This document shows, piece after piece, positions 10,701 to 16,439 of a DNA stretch of 40,664 nt. The stretch's first letter is position 1. The number at the start of each line of letters is the position of its first letter. Where the stretch lies: the NCBI GenBank assembly GCA_900554385.1, contig USHE01000001.1, positions 1-40,664 of the forward strand, written 5' to 3'. The position numbers and the translations under genes were made by a program. This stretch comes from an uncultured bacterium. Lineage in GTDB: Bacteria; Cyanobacteriota; Vampirovibrionia; Gastranaerophilales; Gastranaerophilaceae. The notes beneath the pieces are model-generated. The model had not been told where the DNA came from. It did not search any database and saw only the letters and a list, made by a program, of their open reading frames with translations.

Positions 10701-11779
10701 AGTTTTTCAATTTCTTCCGGAGTTATGCCGAATTTTTTAGCAATTGCGTTTATGCTTTCGCCGTTTTGAACAATAATTATCGTATTGCCTTCTCCGTCGT
10801 ATTCGACTTGATAGGTTTCTCCGTTAATAGTTTTTGTTTGTCTTAATTTGTTTCCTTCTTTATTATAGGTGTTTTCTGTTATGTTTCCATTTTCGTCGAC
10901 TATAGTTTCTGTTGAAATTCCGTCTTCGTTTTGTTGTAGTTTATGGGTTGATTGAACTTCATTACCTTGTTTGACGGTTGTTATTGTTGTTGTACCCTGT
11001 GTGGTTGTTTCTGTTACAGTTCCGTCTTCGTTGTATTGGTATTGGGTAATTTTTTTATCTGCAGGAGATGTTCCGTTTTCAACTTTTTGTGTTAGCTGTT
11101 CTCCATTTGAGGTTATTTGATAAGTTTTGCTTCCCGTGCTGTTTTGTACAACCCTTGTTTTAGCCGTACCGTCTTCATAATTAATAGTTTCTGTGCCATT
11201 ATTATTTGCTAACGTTTTTACTGTTTTCTTCGGCTTGTTATTTTCATAAACCGTTTTTATTGCGTTTCCATCATTGTCAAAATATTCCTGTGAAATAATA
11301 TTGTTGTTTTTATCATAGATGGATGTTTGGTTATCTTTTATTATGGTAGTTTTTTCTTCATTCTGATTGTATTGTTCGATTGTTCCGTCATTATATTCTG
11401 TTTGGATAATTTTGTTGCCATTATCTTCAAATGTTGTAGAGTTCTTTATATTTTGGCTGTTGTTATTAATGTTGCCTAGAAAACTAAATAAATCTTCTTT
11501 TGTGACAGTTGTGTCATTTCCTTTAAAGAGTGCATCAATAAATTTTTTAGCTTCTCTATTTGAAAGGTTAGTATTTTTAGCATACTCCTGAAGCATACTT
11601 TTTAGATTTGCAACTTCTTTATCCTCAAGAATATTGTTTCCATTATCAAGAGCATCAAAAATAGCAAGCAGTTTCTCATCTTTTATTTGTTCTCTTTTAA
11701 AACCACCTTTTAAATTAGTTAAATCTATTTTTCCAGACTTACCCTTGTTCAATGAAAAATTGCTGTAGTCCTTACTCAT
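4736..11779 (-). CDS. Giant multidomain protein (2347 aa). Order of elements: YD-like repeats, LysM, long helical region, Gly/Ala-rich hydrophobic segment, Pro-rich linker, HD phosphohydrolase, possible FHA, atypical kinase-like domain, C-terminal ADP-ribosyltransferase.
   Basis: Uninterrupted 7-kb ORF with SD gaaagg upstream and no N-terminal signal peptide. Domain motifs are listed in the sub-features below. Confidence 0.9.
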   Translation of the reverse strand: MSKDYSNFSLNKGKSGKIDLTNLKGGFKREQIKDEKLLAIFDALDNGNNILEDKEVANLKSMLQEYAKNTNLSNREAKKFIDALFKGNDTTVTKEDLFSFLGNINNNSQNIKNSTTFEDNGNKIIQTEYNDGTIEQYNQNEEKTTIIKDNQTSIYDKNNNIISQEYFDNDGNAIKTVYENNKPKKTVKTLANNNGTETINYEDGTAKTRVVQNSTGSKTYQITSNGEQLTQKVENGTSPADKKITQYQYNEDGTVTETTTQGTTTITTVKQGNEVQSTHKLQQNEDGISTETIVDENGNITENTYNKEGNKLRQTKTINGETYQVEYDGEGNTIIIVQNGESINAIAKKFGITPEEIEKLNEEKIKTKGNSKYFIVGEEIKIPGELEADDMALRGRKSKEETIADYTKDAIEREQKEEEDKRLRDEAANRKTITFTAGQKTFEALAKQLFKQEGNENPSDREMQLRVEELKKHNPNVKNGELQGKKVIAGVSDETYNRITNRQKEIKEINKKIRINKEAKDIAENLYKACDDNAAAVGKQAFQSQLNRITEENIIQVLDNYEKVVEKNSGDSSLIDTICSEVGSSPASRQKALNFILDKMTIAAKKAGVKESDINHARTEFLKSMKEEFSSFGSINPSGMEKALDFLRGSTVSTKVSKDSPEVSTAEAMNTFVNEKDSGLVDNNKKAQKTYKDAREAEGWAAKTGDWVCGLFGCTTIDDMDKKLGTHAADVKKLAEAAEKKDEAVFKKLYKEIFGIEFDPKKVQARQTARENLEAATAFDSSYKVFSGLEKKTQNMNYSEMKSELKKAFGYQDAEIDELISAYAQNKGLESTSDSDKKFVLDTFIRESKQTYQREYHKIANGKTLDQMTKDVDLLTKSAYGTNDIVKDVIKFNENQQLTDTITTAAFEIAGTVALQFVPGLGQLAAARLAVSAAKWGAKGIKIANMANKAYKAAATVTKLQNTNKKAQIATQIINTGIATAAVNLSDKKSVEETMRKTLMNMSFAGVGVSSSILAPKLMQSFGITNKALANEIAEEILNMAGSYGVTKVAGDNYGETDAFIDFASGLLISRLSHIKTHKPTVEADIPAPAPKPNDTPTPSPNGTNKPEPPTPGKPSKITFFEDSNSLDFEVIKTETNKQGQKTLHATDGTKITLDTNDRPILIKNKSGDTTVYEYNSGNSTTPSKSTVKNKKNQIKSTSELKNDVQVEKNFETGKEQILDKNNNVITERYISLSEYPAGAKIPEPDVYSANLKKQIEECTSPDKLNELKYEYDMYNAKFGQTEDLYSTFANKNVELEGTPTITPQKPKSKLITDTAFDSNLQNLNLKKYGKQGIPLKYSHDNFMKDLKKQLDSLPENERNAVMADLNIKFQQEGSKFELVDIPNLSAKAKTEAHKNVLDILNKYAKQNEIQLPDAIMNSELQKFIKDVPEFTFMIGKPQNGVHSYSLDSHTLQNLQKALKYADEANLAQESKEILKMSILLHDMGKQFKGSGVSDTGHSVLSKKYAEKILERFDYPQSTKEKILNLIENHHWFKEFNKGNMSADDVVKMFGDNLPLAKVMAKADLESVSDDFHLTILEPGKKLSQAEYNQKINEKLNNIDNVITAELLGHELPVGAIGTYKPYILDLSKVDQLKLGNVTIDMNDPKLKDLINNLKEGESFAIGCTNPKTHYPDVKYQIGKHEDGIASHHIIISKKHGELVIEAHKDVTIVKDIPTAKNSDPVISKKIDELRKKATSITTETFTINGKQVQFEILNGTQGGSNKGYYVINKETGELFYAKFGGAQGKTELLATKLYEMAGLNVPEMNSFKAADGTNGTLSKYIPELSKVTQATAKANEGFGMDVLLANWDVVGLANDNMLKTPDGKIIRLDAGGTFDYRAQGANKPYTSIPTEITTLLDPYINAKSAEIFSHMTREDMIKSLNKAVSLKDSAITQLLDDMGLTQYKEALLKRKKFLKSMLEEIKATPQGNKSMLDYMTDIKHSTIEKMITFTKQTEDLIDIKQALQFTTNKKIKENLLNKIDAKEKYLKALNPTPKVQQLSAVQVNNLLVKNNFVQDSYGNYTKKLDDATKQQYHNAYGSYGSSIISKIEKPLTPLDIQKITKMINMDGGKYIGLWQKDMNALIQLYRNIENSQIFGLNNLTPAHWDAVFNIAQTKPITANQIGSLAFYKGSGYMDINNGLTNLKKHNTPLNPKIKQEIDNVQAYLNTQVIKEPIKVYRKEGPEVLASVKLPNGQTLDKAMAQAVAHFNQTGDDTLIEKVKNMVKKGNLTATQERFMSTSFDPNVWSGSIHWELNVPKGAKGVFLEGVNVKGHNQGECEFLLQKDSNINIIDIDFKNGHWVLKGSVSN
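4739..5302 (-). other. Domain: C3/VIP2/iota-type ADP-ribosyltransferase (ADPrib_exo_Tox-like), R-S-E class with E-x-E
   Basis: SLAFYKGSGYMDINNGL (the Y..IN..L helix). VYR (R2218, nt 5126-5128). FMSTSF (S-T-S, nt 4943-4951). ELNVPKGAKGVFLEGV. GECEFLL (E2316-x-E2318, nt 4826-4834). The order and spacing parallel C3: LYRG / YISTSL / KVAKGSKAGYI / GQLEMLL. Confidence 0.85.
6080..6577 (-). other. Domain: atypical protein-kinase-like fold (actin-fragmin-kinase / PI-kinase-like catalytic signature)
   Basis: GGSNKGYYVINKETGELFYAKF (Gly-rich segment plus Lys). MDVLLANWDVVGLANDNML (catalytic-loop-like; NWD at nt 6233-6241). IIRLDAGGTFDY (DxG Mg-binding-like). Confidence 0.5.
6644..6817 (-). other. Domain: possible FHA-like module just upstream of the kinase-like domain
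   Basis: FAIGCTNPKTHYPDVKYQIGKHEDGIASHHIIISKKHGELVIEAHKDVTIV loosely follows the FHA pattern iGR..d..l.d..iS..Ha.i....g.l.i.d..s.v. Confidence 0.3.
7055..7462 (-). other. Domain: HD-superfamily metal-dependent phosphohydrolase
   Basis: H...HD...H...D pattern: HSYSLDSH, ILLHDMGK (HD at nt 7331-7336), GHSVLS, LIENHHW, AKADLES. Confidence 0.7.
8429..8542 (-). other. Pro/Thr-rich linker
   Basis: PTVEADIPAPAPKPNDTPTPSPNGTNKPEPPTPGKPSK. Confidence 0.8.
8555..9082 (-). other. Gly/Ala-rich hydrophobic/amphipathic segment (candidate membrane-insertion or translocation region)
   Basis: TITTAAFEIAGTVALQFVPGLGQLAAARLAVSAA, IATQIINTGIATAAVNL, MSFAGVGVSSSILAPKLM and AFIDFASGLLISRL. These are small-residue zipper-like helices. 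Confidence 0.45.
10628..10780 (-). other. Domain: LysM peptidoglycan-binding motif
   Basis: IIIVQNGESINAIAKKFGITPEEIEKLNEE...YFIVGEEIKIPG matches the LysM consensus (Y.V..GDTL..IA.+YG....+L...N......l..Gq.l.IP). Confidence 0.8.
10775..11437 (-). repeat. YD/RHS-like beta-hairpin repeats (coding). A second short block lies at aa ~1118-1235.
   Basis: Recurring Y-x-x-(D/E/N)-G-(T/N) units: EYNDGT, YFDNDGN, INYEDGT, YQYNEDGT, VDENGN, TYNKEGN, VEYDGEGN. Confidence 0.5.
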
Positions 11780-11967
11780 ATTAACCTTTCTAAAAATTAG
11801 TCAATTTACACTTCTGGATATATAAACGGTTATTAGAGCTGCAAACTTTAGAAATTATGGATTTTGTTACAATTCTTTACGCTTGTAAATCAACACTCAG
11901 TTTGATAAGGTATTGACTTTATGCTAATCTAAATATGTAATAAAGAATTATATAATAGGAGTTTAAG

Positions 11968-12387
11968 ATGATAAAATGGAAAAAAGAATACTATCTTATC
12001 TTGGTTTCATTAATTATTTTATCATCACAATTATATATAATTATGATTTTTGAAGATTTCGCTTGTAATACTAAAAGCAATTCTTGTAAAGTTATTCAAA
12101 CAAATATTTTTGGAGCGAAAAATATTATCGATATCTGTAAATATTCAGATTTGGATTCTATTAAATATGAATATCGTCTCAGAACACGCGTTTCTCATTA
12201 CTCTCATTATATGTTAAAAGCCGTAACGAAACATAATGAGCATAAACTAATAACTACAAAAAGATTTTATAAATTCCAAGATTATTCAAAAATTATAAAT
12301 AACTTAAATGATAAAATACAAAAGCAGGAAAATTTCAGTTATAGATTTTGGGGCTTATCTAATAAGTATAAACATTTTTTTAGGTAG
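11968..12387 (+). CDS. Hypothetical small membrane-anchored protein (139 aa)
   Basis: SD taggag upstream. One N-terminal TM helix (YYLILVSLIILSSQLYIIMIF). No recognisable family. Confidence 0.55.
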   Translation: MIKWKKEYYLILVSLIILSSQLYIIMIFEDFACNTKSNSCKVIQTNIFGAKNIIDICKYSDLDSIKYEYRLRTRVSHYSHYMLKAVTKHNEHKLITTKRFYKFQDYSKIINNLNDKIQKQENFSYRFWGLSNKYKHFFR

Positions 12388-12631
12388 AAGCTGGGATATT
12401 CTCTTTAGCTAACTCATAGATGAAAAATTCGTGCGTGTTCGTTTATCCATTCCAGGTGAAGCGGACATAAATGTAATCCCTCCAACTCAAAGCCAACTGT
12501 TATTTTACAGCTAAAAGAAATGTATGTAAAACGACAGTTGTTTTGATTATTTTGAACAGGAAGTTTGAGTATTTATAGAAACTAGCAAAAAAAAATTTTT
12601 CGGGTTTTAGTAATCTTGTAAAGGAGATTTT

Positions 12632-13339
12632 ATGCAAATATATTCTAATACAAATAATTTCTATACGAATAACCAAAATTATAAAACTTTTTCAAAAAAT
12701 CAAACCCCAGTAGCATTTTGTAGCCAACAAAAGGTTTTGGATAATGTTTCAAAAGCGGCTTTAAAAGAAATGTATAAAGAAAAACTAAGAAATGCGATAA
12801 AAAATTGTGATGTAAAAGTACTTTTTGAAGCAGTAGGAATTAAAGCAAAAAAATATTTATTTGGGGAATATTATACCGTTTATGGATATGGCAAAGGTGG
12901 CGGCGCAACACATAATTTTTCTGAGCTTGGTGTTGATGAAAATAAATTATTCAAAAAGATAAAAAGGGTAAAAGGTATTCTTGATTTAAGAGAATCAAAT
13001 GTTGAAGATTTGGGTAATCTTAAGCGAGTAGATGGAAAAATTTTGATGTATCATGAGCAATGGCCTCCGAAAGGTTATGCTCGTATAGTGCTCTGGGATA
13101 ATGTAATAGTAAAACATTATTCAGCTCCTAGAGATAAACATCATTATTTCCCAAGTACCGACTCTTTACTTAAAGATAGTAATCTTTCTAGTCGTGCCGA
13201 TGATTTTTATCTTCCATCTACAGACTATCTACTTCGTAAAGATAATAGTCGTTTCACTTATGACTCTACTTTCTCTATGTTAACATATAATGATAGTGGT
13301 GAACTGATTAAAGTTCGACATTTTACAGGCGGAATATAA
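12632..13339 (+). CDS. Hypothetical protein (235 aa) with Asn-rich N-terminus and a short internal repeat
   Basis: SD aaaggaga upstream. Internal duplication YFPSTDSLLKDSN / YLPSTDYLLRKDN. No recognisable family. Confidence 0.6.
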   Translation: MQIYSNTNNFYTNNQNYKTFSKNQTPVAFCSQQKVLDNVSKAALKEMYKEKLRNAIKNCDVKVLFEAVGIKAKKYLFGEYYTVYGYGKGGGATHNFSELGVDENKLFKKIKRVKGILDLRESNVEDLGNLKRVDGKILMYHEQWPPKGYARIVLWDNVIVKHYSAPRDKHHYFPSTDSLLKDSNLSSRADDFYLPSTDYLLRKDNSRFTYDSTFSMLTYNDSGELIKVRHFTGGI

Positions 13340-13383
13340 CAAAAAGGAATATATTTTTACAAGTTTAAAAAGAGGAAAATTAA

Positions 13384-13743
13384 ATGGATTTAAATATTGC
13401 TAAATACCCTTCTAATAGCAGTTTTGGAAGTTTGAATATTAAAAAATCTGCTTATAAAGCTAAAGCAGGGGCACTATATATAAATTTTGATAAGGACAAG
13501 TTGGAAGAGTTGGCAAAAACGTGTAATATAAAAATTTCAGGTGGCAAGGAGTACATGGGGCTTTTTAGCTTAGATTATTTGAATATTACAGTTACCCAAT
13601 TAAAAAGAAGTCGAAATCCCTTTATAAGATTATTTAATATTGATGCAGTAACAGGTAAATTTGCCACAGAGGCCAGACTTGAAAGTACTACTTTAATTGA
13701 TATAACAAGACAATTAGTCAAGAAATTACAAAATAGATTGTAG
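13384..13743 (+). CDS. Hypothetical protein (119 aa)
   Basis: SD agaggaaa upstream. No recognisable family. Confidence 0.55.
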   Translation: MDLNIAKYPSNSSFGSLNIKKSAYKAKAGALYINFDKDKLEELAKTCNIKISGGKEYMGLFSLDYLNITVTQLKRSRNPFIRLFNIDAVTGKFATEARLESTTLIDITRQLVKKLQNRL

Positions 13744-13747
13744 ATAG

Positions 13748-14125
13748 ATAAGTCGGTTTGGCATATGTAAATCTGAAAATTTTTATGTAAATAAATTAGG
13801 TTTTAGGTCAGTCAAATATCTTGAATGCAAAGAACCCCATATATGTTTTTACAAAGACAATATTGAGATAATTTTACTTAATGCAAGTTCAAAAGTTAAG
13901 TCTAACAGAGAGTTATATGGTTATGGCTATGATGCATATTTATACGCAAATGATATCAAGCTTCTTGAAGATGAATTTAACTCCAAAGAGATAAAAATAA
14001 TAAAACTTTTACATTTTACTGATTATCAAAATCAGGAGTTTGTTATTGAAGATTGCGATGGACAATGGCTTGCGTTTGGGCTAAAAGAAAATAATTTTAT
14101 ATACATTTTCTGTAGCTTCAATTAA
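13748..14125 (+). pseudogene. VOC-superfamily (glyoxalase / bleomycin-resistance-like) ORF lacking a start codon and about the first 10-15 residues
   Basis: Open frame of 125 codons that is not in the supplied ORF track. It has no in-frame ATG/GTG/TTG. SENFYVNKLGF ... YDAYLYANDIKLLEDEFNSKEIKIIKLLHFTDYQNQEFVIEDCDGQWLAFG matches the VOC pattern (S..FY...LGF ... vdD.dal.....g......l.d..yG.rEf.v.DpDG..l.FG). An upstream in-frame TAG lies at 13745. Confidence 0.55.
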
Positions 14126-14427
14126 TTACTTTAATTTTACTTCCGTTTAAGTAATGTTTTAATGTTCTATTCTCAAACCAAGTGTTACTTTTTAAATTTT
14201 CATAGATTACTATTATTGTTGAATTTTGCCGATTAAGTCAAAATAAATTTATAGCATTTTAGAGTAAAAACTTCTGCATCTTTAAAATGGGCTAAATTTT
14301 TAACATCTGAGAATTTACACTTCCGACTTTCTAGTCTGTGTTTCCGACTGTTTTTTTCTGTTATTAAACTAAGTGTTATCTTACACCAAATTCCTAAACT
14401 ACCTGTTAAAATACAACTAGAATATAT

Positions 14428-14458
14428 AAAAGAATCCTTTAACATATTTGTTAAAGGA
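14428..14458 (-). terminator. Rho-independent terminator downstream of tRNA-Gln
   Basis: Perfect 9-bp inverted repeat tcctttaac (14435-14443) / gttaaagga (14450-14458) with a 6-nt loop. It is followed on the minus strand by ttctttt. Confidence 0.7.
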
Positions 14459-14476
14459 CTTAATTATCTTGAAAAT

Positions 14477-14548
14477 CTGGGGCGGAAGGATTCGAACCTC
14501 CGAATGCCTGGACCAAAACCAGGTGCCTTACCACTTGGCGACGCCCCA
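14477..14548 (-). tRNA. tRNA-Gln (anticodon UUG), no encoded CCA
   Basis: The reverse complement is TGGGGCG TC GCC AAGTGGTAA GGC A CCTGG TT-TTG-GT CCAGG CATTC GGAGG TTCGAAT CCTTC CGCCCCA G. It forms a full cloverleaf with a U1:A72 pair and discriminator G, and is very close to E. coli tRNA-Gln. Confidence 0.95.
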
Positions 14549-14590
14549 TTGTCGGGTACATTTATTATTCTATTTCATAAATATTGATTG

Positions 14591-15274
14591 TCAAGATTTT
14601 ATTTGTATAAATGGACTTTTTTCTTCTGCTCTTACCGTTTCTATGTTTCGCAAAAGGCTCTCAAATACCTCCAATACAAGGATTTCACTCTCGAAATGCC
14701 CTATATCAAATAGTATAAGCGGGCTTTCCAAGGCGGTGTGAAATTTTATATCCCCTGTGACAAGTGCGTCTGCTCCGTTTTGATAGGCTTCTTGTATAAA
14801 TTCAGCTCCGCTGCCTGCACAAAAGGCGATTTTTTTTATTGTTTTTATGTTCTTATTGTTCACATATCGTAAGTTTGGTGAAATTTTCGTAAGTCTTTTT
14901 AAGAATTCTTCGAGCGTAAATTCTTCCTCAACATATCTTAAATAATCTGAGCTTTCCGATAGTGTAAGTCCAAGTTTTTTTATTAATGTGTCAGTTGTTC
15001 CGCCAATAGTTCTGTCAAGGTTTGTGTGCGCACTGTAGGTATCAATATCCTGCCAGTTTAAAGGAACTTCAAACAGAGGGTGATGTGAGATTATCATGTC
15101 ACAGTTTTGTTGTTTCGCTTGAAGTACCACATCATCCGTGACGGTTAGGGCAAGCATGATTTTTTTTATATCCGTTTTTTGGGTTTCAACACAAAATCCT
15201 GAACAATCCCATTTTTCTGCAAGTTCAGGAGGTGCAAATTTTTCTATTGTGTTTATAATCTCGTATTTATTCAT
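14591..15274 (-). CDS. Nif3-like dinuclear metal-centre protein (YbgI/YqfO family, short form)
   Basis: FAPPELAEKWDCSGF, KIMLALTVTDDV, CDMIISHHPLF, TNLD and GHFESE motifs. Confidence 0.85.
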   Translation of the reverse strand: MNKYEIINTIEKFAPPELAEKWDCSGFCVETQKTDIKKIMLALTVTDDVVLQAKQQNCDMIISHHPLFEVPLNWQDIDTYSAHTNLDRTIGGTTDTLIKKLGLTLSESSDYLRYVEEEFTLEEFLKRLTKISPNLRYVNNKNIKTIKKIAFCAGSGAEFIQEAYQNGADALVTGDIKFHTALESPLILFDIGHFESEILVLEVFESLLRNIETVRAEEKSPFIQIKS

Positions 15275-16439
15275 TTATGTATTGTAGAATTTTTTGTGCG
15301 ATTTCTGATTTTTTTGCACGTTCAAATGTTTTGGTATTTCCGTTTTTGTTGAAAATTGTTATTTCATTGTAATCGCTGGAAAATCCTATGTCCTTGCGGG
15401 AAATATCATTTGCAATTAAATAATCACAACCTTTCTTTTGAAGTTTTTCTCTGGCATTTTCCAGTAAGTTTTCACTTTCTGCGCAAAACCCAACAATCGT
15501 TTGGTGAGTCTTTTTCTGACAAATACTTTTTAAGATATCAGGGTTTTTCACGAGAGTGAGTGTAATTTCGTCGCATGATGTCTTTTTTAATTTTTGTTCC
15601 GCTTTTTGTTTTACTCTGTAATCGGCGACTGCAGCTGCCATTATTACGTAATCGGCGGTATCAAATTCTTTTTCTATTTGGGTTTGCATTTCCAGAGCAG
15701 ATTTTACATTGATAATTTTATAGGGACGTTTTACATCAACTGTGGTAATTAATGTAACGTTATTTCCTTTGGTGAAGGCTTCATCTGCAATAGCAATTCC
15801 CATTTTTCCGGATGAGTAATTTGATATATACCGTACGGGGTCAATATCCTCTATTGTTCCGCCTGCGGTTATAAGATATTTTTTTGAATTTGATGAGCGA
15901 TTTAAAAGAATTTGAGTTGTTGTGTCGTAAATTTTTTCAAGCGAACACAATCTGCCTTTTCCCTCGTAACCGCAAGCAAGGAAACCGCTTTCCGGTTCAA
16001 GAATTTTGTAACCGTATGTTGAAAGCTTTTTTATATTTTCTTGAATAACATGGTTTTCCCACATATTACAGTTCATCGCAGGAGCTATGATAATCTGTTT
16101 TTTGAATGCGCACGCTATTGATGTTAATAGGTTATCGCAAATTCCTGAGGCTATTTTTGATATAGTATTTGCTGTCGCAGGTGCAATTATCATAATATCA
16201 GCTTCATCTGCGTAAGAAATATGCTCAGGTCGAAAATCCTCTACATCAAATTCCTCTACTCCAACTTTATTTTGGCTGAGGTTTCGAAGGGTTAGTTTTG
16301 TTACAAAATTCAGTGCATTAGGGGTACAAACAATCCGAACATTTGCGTGTTGGCGTTTAAACATTCTGACAAGTTCACAAATCTTGTATGCGGCAATTCC
16401 GCCGGATATGCCGATTAGGATGGTTTTCCCGCTTAGCAT
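15267..16439 (-). CDS. coaBC: Bifunctional phosphopantothenoylcysteine decarboxylase / phosphopantothenate-cysteine ligase
   Basis: GKTILIGISGGIAAYK (flavoprotein N-domain), PAMNCNMWEN, ITAGGTIEDIDPVRYISNYSSGKMG (CoaB), AAAVADYR. Confidence 0.92.
   Translation of the reverse strand: MLSGKTILIGISGGIAAYKICELVRMFKRQHANVRIVCTPNALNFVTKLTLRNLSQNKVGVEEFDVEDFRPEHISYADEADIMIIAPATANTISKIASGICDNLLTSIACAFKKQIIIAPAMNCNMWENHVIQENIKKLSTYGYKILEPESGFLACGYEGKGRLCSLEKIYDTTTQILLNRSSNSKKYLITAGGTIEDIDPVRYISNYSSGKMGIAIADEAFTKGNNVTLITTVDVKRPYKIINVKSALEMQTQIEKEFDTADYVIMAAAVADYRVKQKAEQKLKKTSCDEITLTLVKNPDILKSICQKKTHQTIVGFCAESENLLENAREKLQKKGCDYLIANDISRKDIGFSSDYNEITIFNKNGNTKTFERAKKSEIAQKILQYINE

Noticed and set aside
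11450-11779. EF-hand / dockerin-like calcium-binding pair at the N-terminus of the giant protein (FDALDNGNNILEDKEV and IDALFKGNDTTVTKEDL)
   Set aside because: The two segments are similar to each other, but neither fits the canonical D-x-[DN]-x-[DN]-G...E loop positions. I did not call it as a domain.
12409-12468. 19-codon minus-strand sORF (MSASPGMDKRTRTNFSSMS) with a strong GGAGGG SD in a locally GC-richer patch
   Set aside because: It is too short to evaluate from sequence alone and has no recognisable motif. It may be a relic of a deleted gene. I note it but do not call it.
14233-14445. 70-aa ORF on the minus strand downstream of the tRNA
   Set aside because: It has no RBS and no recognisable motif. 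It lies after the tRNA terminator hairpin and overlaps it at its 5' end. It is probably non-coding spacer.
2281-14548. Classical tRNA-integrated genomic island with att repeats and integrase
   Set aside because: No integrase or recombinase ORF is present. By eye I could not find a second copy of the tRNA-Gln 3' segment. I keep it only as a looser 'accessory block' hypothesis.
14448-14741. 97-aa ORF on the plus strand
   Set aside because: It runs straight through the antisense of tRNA-Gln (14477-14548) and into the 3' end of the nif3-like gene. The tRNA cloverleaf explains this sequence.
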